Assembly: GCA_964472415.1 (NCBI GenBank)
Contig: CAYYLC010000001.1
Location: 131,269-195,268 of the forward strand
Reading direction: 5' to 3'
DNA: 64,000 bases
From: an uncultured Gammaproteobacteria bacterium
GTDB taxonomy: Bacteria; Patescibacteriota; Microgenomatia; Levybacterales; GWA1-39-11
Under the pieces are notes generated by a model. It saw nothing but the letters and a program-made list of their open reading frames with translations. It was not told the DNA's origin and ran no database searches. The translations under genes were made by a program, and so were the position numbers. Shown here one piece after another: positions 32,369 through 43,716 of the stretch (within the stretch, counting starts at the first letter, position 1; each line of letters starts with the position of its first letter).

Positions 32369-34780
32369 ATGGTTAAAAGAAGCACTTTTCTTGCACTTAT
32401 TATCTTTATTTTTGTAACGGTTTTATTTTTCTATAAAGCGGTTTTTCAGGGTCAAGTCCCGTTTCCAGGCGATTTATTAGTCGGAAATTATGCTCCATAT
32501 AACTCATATTCGTTTATCGGTTATGCACCTGGGAGCTTTCCACATAAAGCACAAAATATTGATGTAGTGGAGCAGTTGTACCCATGGAAGTTTTTTTCTA
32601 TCGAGATATTGAAAAGCTTTGAATTCCCACTCTGGAATCCGTATAATTTTTCTGGCACACCGCATATTGCAGCAATTCAGTCAGGAACGTTTTATCCATT
32701 TAATATTTTATTTTTTATTCTTCCATTTGTCTTGGCGTGGTCAATATTTATTATTCTTCAGCCTATTTTGGCAGGATTTTTTACTTACTTATTTCTTAGA
32801 AAGTTAAAATTACACGTTAGTAGTTGTTTATTTGGCGGGATAGCTTTTGCTTTTTCCTCCTTTTTAGTGGTCTGGATGCAGTATGGAAATATGGTGCATG
32901 CGCTTATTTGGCTGCCCTTGATATTATGGCTAATATTGCATTTGTTCGAAAAACCTTCACTTCTCAAATCAGTAATTTTATCAATGCTTTTATCTTTCTG
33001 TGTTTTTGCAGGACATTTCCAGATTTCATTATATGTATATGTATTTAGTTTTATCTTTGCTCTGTTTGTGTTAATTGCGTTTTATAAAGGCTTTTTTTTC
33101 AGGAGGTTTTTAACAATAGGAAGTATTTATGCTTTCTCACTTTTTCTTTCTGCAATGCAGACCCTTCCATCAATAGAGATATTTCTTGCATCGTCTCGAT
33201 CTGAATATGTTTTAGAAATTTTAGTGGGGTTTCTTATTCCACAATATCACTCTATTTCTGTATTGTTTCCAGATTTTTTTGGAAGTCCTGTGACGAGAAA
33301 CTATTGGCCAACAGGCACCTATATAGAACGGGCAATATATTTCGGAATTATCCCGTTCTTCTTCGCATTATATGCAGTTGTGCGAAATAGAAATCGGTAT
33401 GTATGGTTTTTTATGATAGCAATGCTTGCTGTTTTTCTTATTACGTTCGATACGATTATTACAAAATTTATGTATTCTCTCTATATTCCACCGATAATTG
33501 GCACTTCTGTTCCAACACGACTTATATTTGTTTTTGCATTTTCCGGAAGCGTACTGGCAGCATTTGGATTTAATAGGATATTAGAAGAGAGAAGAGTGCG
33601 ATATTTCCTTATTTCTGCAGGGATTTTAACTTCAATAGTTTTTTCTATATGGTTTTTTGTCTTAGTTTCACCAATTTTATTTATCGAGTATTCATGGTTT
33701 CAGGATATAAAAACTTCGCTTCGTAATATGATAATTCCGACTGGAGTATTAGCAATTGCTCTCGTTGCATCATTTATTTATATAAGACTATTAAGAAGAC
33801 ATTCTAGAAATTCCCTTATCGTATTTACGGTTATCATAATTACATTTACTGCTTTTGAACTTTTTATTTTCTTTCAAAAATTTACGCCCTTTTCTCCTCA
33901 GGAAGCAGTATATCCGAAGAATTCTATGCTTAGTTTTATTAGGGAAAATCAAGATTTTTATAGGAGTTGGGGATATGGATCAGCAAACATTCCAGCAAAT
34001 ATTCAGACCTATGAGGAGATTTATTCAACGGATGGATATGATCCATTTTATATAAAACGATATGGAGAACTGTTATCTACGACAGGTGATGGAAAAGTTT
34101 CTCCAGATATTATGCGAGCAAATGCAAGATTGATCGGAGGGTTTGGAGAAGAAGATTTGAAAAATAATTTTTATCGGCAACGGCTCATGAACCTTCTTGG
34201 TGTTAAATATGTCTATCATAAAAAATCTCAGGATAATCATGCTTTTGATAAGACATTTGATGAAAATACCTATGAACTTGTTTGGCATGATCAGGATTTG
34301 CAAATTTATGAAAATAAAGATGTATTGCCAAGGGCTTTTATTGTGAATGATTATATTCTTCTGAGAGACGGTAATAAAATTATAGATGCGTTGTACGATG
34401 ACACAATGGATCTGTCACAGACTATAATTCTCGAAAAAAAACCCAATATAGAGGCGCAAAATAAGAGAAATGACAATATGGTCACTATAAACAAATATAG
34501 CGGTAATGAGATCGAGTTAGTAGTAGATTCAGAAAGCTCAGGACTCCTATTTTTATCTGATGCATATTTTCCAGGATGGAGCGCATACGTAAATGACGAA
34601 AAGAGGGAAATCTATCGTGCAAATTATTCATTCCGTGCAGTCGAAGTTCCTAAAGGGAAGAGTGTTGTTGTATTCCGGTATGAGCCACAAATGTTTGTCA
34701 TAGGAATATGGATTTCTGGAATTTCATTTGGATTGGTTTCTATTATAATAATATTTGCGATTTTGAGAAGAAAAATATGA
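32369..34780 (+). CDS. YfhO-family GT-C membrane protein
   Basis: PLWNPYNFSGTP, FYPFN, GHFQ, DGYDP, LSDAYFPGW, RANYSFRAV. Confidence 0.85.
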   Translation: MVKRSTFLALIIFIFVTVLFFYKAVFQGQVPFPGDLLVGNYAPYNSYSFIGYAPGSFPHKAQNIDVVEQLYPWKFFSIEILKSFEFPLWNPYNFSGTPHIAAIQSGTFYPFNILFFILPFVLAWSIFIILQPILAGFFTYLFLRKLKLHVSSCLFGGIAFAFSSFLVVWMQYGNMVHALIWLPLILWLILHLFEKPSLLKSVILSMLLSFCVFAGHFQISLYVYVFSFIFALFVLIAFYKGFFFRRFLTIGSIYAFSLFLSAMQTLPSIEIFLASSRSEYVLEILVGFLIPQYHSISVLFPDFFGSPVTRNYWPTGTYIERAIYFGIIPFFFALYAVVRNRNRYVWFFMIAMLAVFLITFDTIITKFMYSLYIPPIIGTSVPTRLIFVFAFSGSVLAAFGFNRILEERRVRYFLISAGILTSIVFSIWFFVLVSPILFIEYSWFQDIKTSLRNMIIPTGVLAIALVASFIYIRLLRRHSRNSLIVFTVIIITFTAFELFIFFQKFTPFSPQEAVYPKNSMLSFIRENQDFYRSWGYGSANIPANIQTYEEIYSTDGYDPFYIKRYGELLSTTGDGKVSPDIMRANARLIGGFGEEDLKNNFYRQRLMNLLGVKYVYHKKSQDNHAFDKTFDENTYELVWHDQDLQIYENKDVLPRAFIVNDYILLRDGNKIIDALYDDTMDLSQTIILEKKPNIEAQNKRNDNMVTINKYSGNEIELVVDSESSGLLFLSDAYFPGWSAYVNDEKREIYRANYSFRAVEVPKGKSVVVFRYEPQMFVIGIWISGISFGLVSIIIIFAILRRKI

Positions 34781-36318
34781 AACAGTTCTTAAAATATATA
34801 GTCCCTTATGTAATCCTTATAGTTATTTGTATTCCTGCGCTTTTACCATTTATACATACAGGATTCATTGCTACGGATGACGGTTCTTGGTTGATAATTC
34901 GACTTTCTGCTTTTTATGATTCGTTTCGCGATGGACAATTTCCAGTGCGATTCGTGGAAAGAATAAATTTTGGCTATGGATATCCTGTTTCCAATTTTTT
35001 ATACCCGGGCTATTTATATATAGGTTCGGTGATTCATTTTGTAGGGTTTGGATTTATTGAATCAGTAAAAATATTATTTGGATTATCTATAGTTTTCTCT
35101 GCATTTTTTTCCTACATTTGGTTTCGGAGATTGTTTGGAAAAATAGATTCTCTTGTAGGGTCATTTGTATATTTATATACACCATATCATCTTTTTGATA
35201 TGTATAAGAGGGGATCATTGGGTGAGGCACTTTCTATTTCTGTTTTACCGCTCGCGTTTTATGGAATTGAAAAAGCAAGCACGATCTTGATTGCGCTTTC
35301 CGTATTTTCAATTTTATTGTTTCATAACACGCTTGCCGTTTTATTCATCCCTCTTATTCCTCTATATGCGTTCATGAGAAAGTCTTTTTTAAGATCACTT
35401 CCCGGGATAATTCTGGGAGGACTTATGTCTTCATTTTTTACGATTCCAGCAATTTTTGAGTTACGATACACAAAGTTTTTAGAAACGTCTATCTCAAATC
35501 CATTCGAGTATTTTGCAGACATTCAGTTGATAGGGATCGGTTCTCTAATAATTTTTGTTGGTCTTTTGTTTTTATTGTTTACGATCTATAAGAAGGAGCT
35601 TAATAGAGTTCCATATAGCGGATTCGTGATTCTAATGAGTATAATTTTTATTCTTACTTTATTTTTTAGTTCTTCATTCAGCAAATTTATTTGGGAAAAC
35701 ATAAATTCTTCATGGATCCAATTTCCATATCGATTACTGTCTCTTGTAATTATTGCATCCGCTTTTTTTGCAGCATATATAAGTTATATTCTCTTTAATA
35801 GAATAAAGATTATCGTGGGAATAGTTATAGTTTTTATAACTATTATTTCTGCATATAGTTATTTCACGGCTATTTCTTATACAGATCACCCGGAAGAGTT
35901 TTATACAACAAATGAAGCGACTACTACCATTCATGATGAATACATGCCGAAATGGGTTGAAAGGAATCCTACTAGCAGATATACGAATAAAATTGAAGTA
36001 ATTTCTGGGAGTGTTGCAGTTTCAAATATCTCAGAAAAGTCTAATCTTATTGAATTTCAGACAGTGGTAGCTGAACCATCTGTTATCCGCGTAAATACGA
36101 TTTACTATCCGGGATGGAAAGTTTTTGTGGAAGGTGAGAAGCGAGAGATTAATTATGAAAATGAGCGTGGAGTTATAGAGTTCGAACTAGAGCAATACGA
36201 TGATAGAGTATATATTTCGTTCCAGGAAGATTTTGTGAGAATAATTGCCGATATGATAAGTATCATTGCAGTAATTATCCTGATATATTATATTTCTCGT
36301 CCGCTACTAAAATTCTAA
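34777..36318 (+). CDS. GT-C membrane protein (PTPS-related/YfhO-like family)
   Basis: GQFPVRF...GYGYPVSNFLYP, RGSLGE, QFPYRLL, EYMPKW, YYPGW. Confidence 0.8.
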   Translation: MKQFLKYIVPYVILIVICIPALLPFIHTGFIATDDGSWLIIRLSAFYDSFRDGQFPVRFVERINFGYGYPVSNFLYPGYLYIGSVIHFVGFGFIESVKILFGLSIVFSAFFSYIWFRRLFGKIDSLVGSFVYLYTPYHLFDMYKRGSLGEALSISVLPLAFYGIEKASTILIALSVFSILLFHNTLAVLFIPLIPLYAFMRKSFLRSLPGIILGGLMSSFFTIPAIFELRYTKFLETSISNPFEYFADIQLIGIGSLIIFVGLLFLLFTIYKKELNRVPYSGFVILMSIIFILTLFFSSSFSKFIWENINSSWIQFPYRLLSLVIIASAFFAAYISYILFNRIKIIVGIVIVFITIISAYSYFTAISYTDHPEEFYTTNEATTTIHDEYMPKWVERNPTSRYTNKIEVISGSVAVSNISEKSNLIEFQTVVAEPSVIRVNTIYYPGWKVFVEGEKREINYENERGVIEFELEQYDDRVYISFQEDFVRIIADMISIIAVIILIYYISRPLLKF

Positions 36319-38000
36319 TGAAAAAAATTACTAGTCTTTTCATAGTTCTTTTTGGAGTATCAGTTTCACTCCCGATACTATTGCCATTACTGCAGGATGG
36401 GTTTTTTACTATCCATGATAATACGCAAGTTGAGCGGGTCTTTGAGATGAAAAATGCGCTTTCTGATGGAAGCTTTCCGGTTCGATGGGTAGAGAACCTT
36501 GGGTATGGATATGGGTATCCGATATTTAATTTCTACGCACCATTTCCATATTATGTGGGTGGATTTATAAACCTAATTCTTCAAAACTCTCTCCTTGCTA
36601 CGAAAATAATGTTTGGGATTGGGATTGTCGGATCATTTTTCTCCATGTATTTATTGGCCCGAAGGTTTACCAATAGTTTGGGAGGAATTGTTGCGGGAGT
36701 GCTTTATCTGTATTTTCCGTACCACGCTATAAATATTTATGTAAGAGGTGCTGTAGGAGAGTATTTTGCATATATTTTTACGCCCCTTATTTTCTTAGGA
36801 ATATACGTTCTGTATGAAAAAATCCAGAAAACAAAAAAAATCCCAGTTTTACAGAGTGTATTATTTTCTATCCCAATTGCATTGGTTATAATATCCCACA
36901 ATTTAACCACTTACATGGTGGGATTATTTTTAATTCCGTACGGAGCTTATTTTTTTATTAGGTCAAATAATAAAAAATATTTTCTTGCCTCTATCCTGAG
37001 TGCGCTAGTTCTTTCATTTTTCCTTGCAGCATTTTATCTATTACCAGCAGTTTTAGAATCTCGATATACTGATGTGGCATCACAAATAGGAGGTGGTGCA
37101 GACTATCCAGATCATTTTGTATGTTTCTCCCAGTTTTGGAGTAGTGATTGGGGTTTTGGTGGATCCATCCCCGGATGTGTCGACGGCTTGAGTTTTGGAT
37201 TGGGAAAATTTAATATTTTATTAGTTTTCCTTGCATTTATTTTCTTTTGTGTCAGATTTATTCGAAAACGAAAAATCACGACTGAAATAATCTTTTGGTT
37301 GCTCTTACCATTTTCGCTATTTCTTATGACTTCTTATTCTCAATTTATTTGGGACACACTTCCTTATATGGAGTATTTGCAATATCCCTGGAGATTTCTT
37401 AATTTTACTGCACTTTTTATTGCAGCTTTACTAGCATTTTTTGTCAAAAATTTTAAGAGCAGAATTCTGAGAATAATAATCTCCCTCTTTATAGTCTCAG
37501 GGGTAGTATATCTTAATTATCAGCATTTTAACCCAGTGGATATAGTCAGCAACTCAAATTCATTTTATGAAAATGAAGAGCATATTAGATTTGATACCTC
37601 AAAGATATCAGATGAATATATGCCTAAAGGATTTAACAAGCCAGAAGAAATTGAAAATGTACCTGAAAAACTAATGCAAGCAGATTCTGAAGATATATCA
37701 TTATTACTAATCAATAAGAAGACAGGATATATAGAATTTTCCAAAGATGGTGATCAGGGGAGAATTTACATTAACCAAGCATATTTCCCGTCATGGAGCG
37801 CATATGTGGATAATCAAAAGGTGGGGTTTGCACGAACTAATAACGGAATGAGTATTGTGCTTTCTGAGGGGATAAGGAATGTCGTATTTAGATTTGAAAT
37901 GACACCAATTCAAGCAACTGGAAATGCATTGAGCATTATTGGAGTAATTGTAGTTTTTGTTGTTATAATAGTGAAAAGAAAGGATTTATATGAAAGATAA
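36318..38000 (+). CDS. GT-C membrane protein (PTPS-related/YfhO-like family)
   Basis: FPVRW...GYGYPIFNFYAP, RGAVGE, SHN, QYPWRFL, EYMPK, YFPSW. Confidence 0.8.
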   Translation: MKKITSLFIVLFGVSVSLPILLPLLQDGFFTIHDNTQVERVFEMKNALSDGSFPVRWVENLGYGYGYPIFNFYAPFPYYVGGFINLILQNSLLATKIMFGIGIVGSFFSMYLLARRFTNSLGGIVAGVLYLYFPYHAINIYVRGAVGEYFAYIFTPLIFLGIYVLYEKIQKTKKIPVLQSVLFSIPIALVIISHNLTTYMVGLFLIPYGAYFFIRSNNKKYFLASILSALVLSFFLAAFYLLPAVLESRYTDVASQIGGGADYPDHFVCFSQFWSSDWGFGGSIPGCVDGLSFGLGKFNILLVFLAFIFFCVRFIRKRKITTEIIFWLLLPFSLFLMTSYSQFIWDTLPYMEYLQYPWRFLNFTALFIAALLAFFVKNFKSRILRIIISLFIVSGVVYLNYQHFNPVDIVSNSNSFYENEEHIRFDTSKISDEYMPKGFNKPEEIENVPEKLMQADSEDISLLLINKKTGYIEFSKDGDQGRIYINQAYFPSWSAYVDNQKVGFARTNNGMSIVLSEGIRNVVFRFEMTPIQATGNALSIIGVIVVFVVIIVKRKDLYER

Positions 38001-38703
38001 GATTTCTGAACTCTCTATTTTTTTTCCGTTTTGGAATGAAGAAAAAAATATCCAGAAGGTTGTAGAAGATGCGAGAAAGATTGCAAAAGAAGTTGCGTTA
38101 AAATGGGAGATTATTATGGTTGATGATGGATCTTCTGATAGGACGAAGGAAGAAGGGAGAAAATTAGCAAGAAAATATAGGAATGTGAAGTTAGTATCGC
38201 ATAATCCAAATCGCGGTTACGGGGCAGCTCTTCGTTCTGGACTTCAAAGTTCGCAATATAAATATATAGTTTTTACCGATGGAGATAGGCAATTTGATTT
38301 TTCAGAAGTAAATAAATTCATAGAGAAAATAAAAGATGCGGATATTGTCATAGGATATCGAAAAATGAGAAGAGATAGTTTCTTTAGACATGTCCTTATG
38401 AATATGTTAAAGGTTTGGGACTGTATCTTTTTTAGATTTTATTTTAAAGATATTGATTGTGGATTTAAGATGTTTAAAAAAACTGCTGTTAAAAAAATAA
38501 TGCCTCTCCGTTCAGATGGTGCAATGATAACAACAGAGATTCTTGCGAAGGCAAAAGAAAAGAAGCTCAAAATAATAGAGGTTGAGGTAAATCATTATCC
38601 AAGAAAATATGGTGTGCAGAGTGGGGCAAATATTCCAGTTATTTTTCGTGCAATCTTAGAGAGTTTTATCTTGTGGTTTGATATCAAAAACAAGAGAATC
38701 TAG
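37990..38703 (+). CDS. GT2, DPM1-like polyprenyl-phosphate glycosyltransferase
   Basis: FFPFWNEE, VDDGSSD, NRGYGAA, TDGDRQF, DIDCGFK. Confidence 0.9.
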   Translation: MKDKISELSIFFPFWNEEKNIQKVVEDARKIAKEVALKWEIIMVDDGSSDRTKEEGRKLARKYRNVKLVSHNPNRGYGAALRSGLQSSQYKYIVFTDGDRQFDFSEVNKFIEKIKDADIVIGYRKMRRDSFFRHVLMNMLKVWDCIFFRFYFKDIDCGFKMFKKTAVKKIMPLRSDGAMITTEILAKAKEKKLKIIEVEVNHYPRKYGVQSGANIPVIFRAILESFILWFDIKNKRI

Positions 38704-38722
38704 AAATGTATATACTGAATAT

Positions 38723-40177
38723 ATGGAAAATTTTACATTTGAAGCAATCGCAAAAAAGTCTGTCCATGGTGTTATAGCACTCACATCTCGTACATTTTTT
38801 ATTCAGCTGTTAGGAATTTTCGCAAGCTTTATTTTAACTATCTACCTAGATGAATTTAGCTTTGGAGTTTTTTCTATAGTTTCATCAATTATCATTTTCT
38901 TTAGTTATTTCCAAGATGTTGGCCTTGCTGCATCTCTTATTCAAAAGAAGCAGAAACCAACACTTACAGATTATCGTGCAGTTTTTACTGTTCAGCAAAT
39001 TGTTGTTCTGGTACTTGTTCTGCCAACGTTTATTTTTTCCGGACAAATTGTCTCATTATATGGACTATCTACTAATGGGCAGTGGCTGCTTGTTGCTCTC
39101 TTAGTATCCTTTTTTATAAATTCTCTTAGGACAATTCCTACAGTCATGATGGAGCGGAATTTGCAATATGGTAAATTGGTGCTCCCTGAAATTGTTGAGG
39201 GGATTCTTTATAATGTAGTGTTGATTTTAGGAGCGGTGTTGGGATGGGGCGTGAATAGTTTTACTGCTGCTGTTCTTGTAAGATCCATTGGAGGATTAAT
39301 TGCGACTTATTATATCCAACCATGGAAAATCGGTGTTTCTTTAAATAAAGATTCGCTTAGGGAGCTTTTATCTTTCGGAGTACCATTTCAATTGAATAGT
39401 ATTCTTGCTTTGTTTAAAGATCATTTCTTAACTCTGTATCTTGGTCTTATTCTACCACTCACTCAGTTAGGAATTATCGCATTTGCCCAAAAGTTGGCTT
39501 TTTTGCCCCTTCGGCTCGTGATGGATAATATTATAAAGATTACGTTTCCATCATATAGTAGGCTTCAGGATGATAAGCTTGCTCTTAAAATTGCGATAGA
39601 AAAATCATTGTTCGTAATTTCCTTTTTTATATTTCCAACTGCTGTAATGATTATCATGTTTAGCCCGTTTCTTATCGAATTTATTCCTCGCTATGAAAAA
39701 TGGCAGCCGGCAATTCTCTCTATCATGTTTTTTGCATTAAGTACTGTTTTATCTTCAATCTCCACTCCACTAACGAATTTCTTAAATGCTATTGGGAAAG
39801 TAAAAATTACATTATACTTTATGATTTTTTGGACAGTTGCGACGTGGATTATTACAATCTTTACCGTACAGAGAATGGGATTTAATGGAGTTGCATTTGC
39901 ATCATTTATGGTAAGCCTGAGTTCATTTGCAGTATTTTTTATTGCGAAACGATATTTAGAATTTTCTGTTTTTCGGCCCATTTATAAATCATTTATTGCA
40001 TCAGTTTTTATAGCAGGATTAATTTATGCCCTTTCTTCACATATTGATTCTTTTTTTATTATGATAGGGGTAGGGATTATTAGTGGATTTGTATATTTAG
40101 GGGCTATGTTTTTGATTTCCAGGGAAGAGATTCTTACTACACTTAAATTTGCGAAGAAATCATTCGCGAAAGAGTAG
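38723..40177 (+). CDS. Wzx-like polysaccharide flippase
   Basis: Many TMs; DVGLAASLIQ, LLSFGVP, ITFPSYSRLQ. Confidence 0.85.
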   Translation: MENFTFEAIAKKSVHGVIALTSRTFFIQLLGIFASFILTIYLDEFSFGVFSIVSSIIIFFSYFQDVGLAASLIQKKQKPTLTDYRAVFTVQQIVVLVLVLPTFIFSGQIVSLYGLSTNGQWLLVALLVSFFINSLRTIPTVMMERNLQYGKLVLPEIVEGILYNVVLILGAVLGWGVNSFTAAVLVRSIGGLIATYYIQPWKIGVSLNKDSLRELLSFGVPFQLNSILALFKDHFLTLYLGLILPLTQLGIIAFAQKLAFLPLRLVMDNIIKITFPSYSRLQDDKLALKIAIEKSLFVISFFIFPTAVMIIMFSPFLIEFIPRYEKWQPAILSIMFFALSTVLSSISTPLTNFLNAIGKVKITLYFMIFWTVATWIITIFTVQRMGFNGVAFASFMVSLSSFAVFFIAKRYLEFSVFRPIYKSFIASVFIAGLIYALSSHIDSFFIMIGVGIISGFVYLGAMFLISREEILTTLKFAKKSFAKE

Positions 40178-40199
40178 TTTTTTTGGATATAATGAGTTT

Positions 40200-41105
40200 A
40201 TGAAGAAATTAAGCATTGTCATTTCCGCCTTTAATGAAGAAAATAATATTGAAGATTGTCTAAAATCTGTTCAAAATATCGCCTCAGAAATAATACTGAT
40301 CGATAACTCCTCAGTTGATGAAACGATTAATATCGCAAAAAAATATACTAATAAAATTTTTTCAAGAAAGAACAATCTAATGTTAAATATTAATAAAAAT
40401 TTTGGAATTTCAAAAGCAACTAATGAATGGGTCCTACTTCTTGATGCTGATGAGCGCATAACAGAAGATTTAGAGAGAGACATAAGAAAAGTTTTAGAGA
40501 ATAATGATGTAAGCATAAATGGGTATTTTATGCCGCGTAAGAACATGATTTTTGGAAAATGGATACAACATACCGGGTGGTATCCAGATAAGCAGCTTAG
40601 ATTATTCCGAAGAAAAAGAGCAAAATTTGCAGAAAAACATATCCATGAAATGATAGAGGTGAGTGGAGAGGTCGGAGAGTTGGAGTCGCCCCTTTATCAT
40701 CTGAACTATGTAAATGTAAGTCAATTTTTGGATAAAATGATTCGTGTGTATACCATCTCTGAGGCAAACAGTTTAATAAATTCTGGATATAAGATTTCGA
40801 TCGCAGATGCTATCTTGATGCCTACGAAAGAATTTGTAAAAAGATTTTTTGCAGAAAAAGGATATAAAGATGGAAGTCATGGATTGATGCTTTCACTTCT
40901 CATGGCGTTTTATCATTTTGTAGTGTTTCTGAGAGTTTGGGAGGCGAAATCCTACCCGGATTCAAAAGATATATTGAAAGAATTTGAATCTGCGCAAAAA
41001 GAATCATTTCGACAGATTAGTTACTGGATGATTACAGAGAAGATTTATTCAGAAAAAAATCCTATTAAAAAGATCCTACAAAAAACTATAAAGAAAATTT
41101 CATGA
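40200..41105 (+). CDS. GT2 glycosyltransferase (LgtF/KdtX-like)
   Basis: AFNEENNIEDCLKSV, LDADER, WYPDKQLRLF, IHE. Confidence 0.9.
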   Translation: MKKLSIVISAFNEENNIEDCLKSVQNIASEIILIDNSSVDETINIAKKYTNKIFSRKNNLMLNINKNFGISKATNEWVLLLDADERITEDLERDIRKVLENNDVSINGYFMPRKNMIFGKWIQHTGWYPDKQLRLFRRKRAKFAEKHIHEMIEVSGEVGELESPLYHLNYVNVSQFLDKMIRVYTISEANSLINSGYKISIADAILMPTKEFVKRFFAEKGYKDGSHGLMLSLLMAFYHFVVFLRVWEAKSYPDSKDILKEFESAQKESFRQISYWMITEKIYSEKNPIKKILQKTIKKIS

Positions 41106-42019
41106 TGAGACATATTTCTATTACGATCCTTCATTTTGGAGAAATCTCTATAACTAGTAAATGCCTTGATTCTTTGGAGAAATTAAATCTTCCTAATATA
41201 GGACTTACTGTATTAGTTATAAACAACGACCTCCGTGTCAAATTTCCCGAAAATTCACCATATAAAAATTTTAAACTTCACGTCTTGAATAATAAGGAAA
41301 ACAATGGATTTTCTGGAGGGCATAATCAAGGATTTAGGTTCGCTAGAAGGAATAAGTCTGATTTTCATATAGTTTTAAATAATGATGTATATGTAGATAA
41401 GGATATGATTACAGAGCTCCTCGGATGTTTCAAAAGGTGGCCCACTGCTGGATTAGTATCTCCGAAAATTTATTTTGGGAAAGGGGACGAGTTCCATAAG
41501 AGCAAATATAAAGAAGAAGAGCTAGGAAGGGTGATATGGTATGCTGGGGGAATTACGGATTGGGATAATTTAATAAATCATCATCGGGGTGTAGATGAGG
41601 TAGATCATGGACAGTATGATGATGAGGAAGGTGAGACGGATTTTGCAACAGGTGCGTGTTTCATGATCCCTATGGATTTAGTTCAAAAAGTGAAAGGATT
41701 TGATCATAGATATTTTCTATATTATGAAGATGGCGATTTGAACATGCGAATAAAAAGACTTGGAAGGAAGATTATCTTTTGTCCTCAGTCTATTGTTTGG
41801 CACAGGAATGCAAAATCTTCAGGGTCTGGTTCTGCTTTGCAAGATTATTATATATCGCGAAACCGGATGCTCTTCGGGCTAACCTATGCTCCACTGAGAA
41901 CAAAAATTGCACTATTTCGAGAGAGTATAAAAATATTACTCAGGGGACGTAGGTGGCAAAAAAGAGGAATTATAGATTTCTACTTGAGGAATTTTGGTAA
42001 AGGAAGTTATTCAATTTAA
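41102..42019 (+). CDS. GT2 glycosyltransferase (rhamnosyltransferase-like)
   Basis: NNGFSGGHN, LNND, TGACF, FLYYEDGD. Confidence 0.88.
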   Translation: MMRHISITILHFGEISITSKCLDSLEKLNLPNIGLTVLVINNDLRVKFPENSPYKNFKLHVLNNKENNGFSGGHNQGFRFARRNKSDFHIVLNNDVYVDKDMITELLGCFKRWPTAGLVSPKIYFGKGDEFHKSKYKEEELGRVIWYAGGITDWDNLINHHRGVDEVDHGQYDDEEGETDFATGACFMIPMDLVQKVKGFDHRYFLYYEDGDLNMRIKRLGRKIIFCPQSIVWHRNAKSSGSGSALQDYYISRNRMLFGLTYAPLRTKIALFRESIKILLRGRRWQKRGIIDFYLRNFGKGSYSI

Positions 42020-42024
42020 GTTAT

Positions 42025-43716
42025 ATGGTTAGAAAAATATTAAAGTTTTATCCAATCTATATTGTAGTTATTCTTGGAGTATTGCCATTATTTGATTTAT
42101 TCCATGCAGGATTACCACTTACCCATGATGGAAAAGATCATGTTGTGCGTATCGCAAATTTCTATGCGTCTCTTTCTGAAGGAATTTTAATTCCGAGATG
42201 GGCTGAGAATTTAAATTGGGGATATGGACATCCTGTCATGATGTTTTTGTATCCACTCCCCTCGTATTTCGCATCTTTTTTCCACGTTTTAGGATTCTCT
42301 TTAATTGACTCGCTCAAAATAGTTTTTGGTGTGTCATTTATTTTTTCTGGACTTGGAATGTACATATGGTTGCGAAAATTGCTTGGGATAGAGGCAGGAT
42401 TATTGGGGGCAATTTTATATCTTTTTGCACCATATAGGTTTGTTAATGTATATGTTAGGGGAGCCATAGGTGAGCACGTAGCTTTTTTGTTTATTCCCTT
42501 TATATTATTTTTTATTACTCAGCTATTTTTAGATACGAGAAGTTCATTAAGGTTTTTGATAGTAAACTTTTTGGGAATTGCATTATTTACTGCAGGTCTT
42601 ATCCTTTCTCATAATGCACTCAGTATTTTATTCCTTGCATTTGCAGGGATATATGCAGTCATTATATTTTTCTACAATAGAAACATCATGAAGTTTATTA
42701 CGTTAGGAATTGGGGTATTCTGGGGATTTTTATTATCATCGTTTTTCTGGATCCCGGCACTTATTGAGGGCAAGTATACACTTAGGGATATTGTAACTGG
42801 GGATTCTGAGTACGCATTGCGTTTTGTAGAAACTCCTCTCAAGTTCTTTTCTCCTGAATGGAGTTATGGTATAACCGGTCAATTATCTGTTCAGATAGGG
42901 ATTGTTCATCTCCTTGTTATCGCAATTTCTGTGATTGCTGTTGTGAAACTTACTAAAAAGGAGCCAATGAAAAAGTCGTTGTATATTTTTGCGCTTTTTT
43001 CACTTATTTTTTCCTTATTTATGATGCTGAGAGAATCAAACTTTATCTGGAGTTTTGTTTCAACAATTCAAAAATTTCAATTTCCGTGGAGATTTTTGTC
43101 GCTTACAGTCCTTGCGAGCTCATTAGTTGGAGCATATGCGATACTGCTTGTTAAAAAAGAAAAAAGAATTTTTGGTCTTATATTAGTTGTGGTTTTTGCC
43201 GTTCTCTTTTACGGTTCGTACTGGCGTGCAAATGATTACCTGAATCGTGAGGATTTATTTTTTAAATCAGTTTATGAAGGGACAACAGATACTGGAGAAA
43301 GTGCACCTGTCTGGTCTGTGCGATTTATGGAGGAGAGGCCAGATGCACATATAGAGATTCTTCAAGGAGAAGTGTTCATTCAAGAAAAATCTCGTTCATC
43401 TGTCCTTCATGAGTATAGTATTATCTCCTCCGACTCAGCGCGAATAAAGGAAAATACGCTGTATTTTCCCGGGTGGAATATTTATATAAATAATAAGAAG
43501 CTGAATCCTGATACTGAAATTCAATATCAAGATCCTGCGCATAGAGGCGTCATGACTTTTAATATTGATGAAGGAGAGAGCAATGTTAGAGTTGTTTTTG
43601 AAGATACTAAGTTGAGATTTGTATCAAATGTTATTTCCCTAATTTCATTTATCCTTTTAGGACTAATTACACTTATTGTACTTTTTTCTAAACCTCATGC
43701 AAGAAAAAATTCTTAA
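42025..43716 (+). CDS. GT-C membrane protein (PTPS-related/YfhO-like family)
   Basis: THDG, PRWAENLNWGYGHP, RGAIGE, SHN, QFPWRFL, YFPGW. Confidence 0.8.
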   Translation: MVRKILKFYPIYIVVILGVLPLFDLFHAGLPLTHDGKDHVVRIANFYASLSEGILIPRWAENLNWGYGHPVMMFLYPLPSYFASFFHVLGFSLIDSLKIVFGVSFIFSGLGMYIWLRKLLGIEAGLLGAILYLFAPYRFVNVYVRGAIGEHVAFLFIPFILFFITQLFLDTRSSLRFLIVNFLGIALFTAGLILSHNALSILFLAFAGIYAVIIFFYNRNIMKFITLGIGVFWGFLLSSFFWIPALIEGKYTLRDIVTGDSEYALRFVETPLKFFSPEWSYGITGQLSVQIGIVHLLVIAISVIAVVKLTKKEPMKKSLYIFALFSLIFSLFMMLRESNFIWSFVSTIQKFQFPWRFLSLTVLASSLVGAYAILLVKKEKRIFGLILVVVFAVLFYGSYWRANDYLNREDLFFKSVYEGTTDTGESAPVWSVRFMEERPDAHIEILQGEVFIQEKSRSSVLHEYSIISSDSARIKENTLYFPGWNIYINNKKLNPDTEIQYQDPAHRGVMTFNIDEGESNVRVVFEDTKLRFVSNVISLISFILLGLITLIVLFSKPHARKNS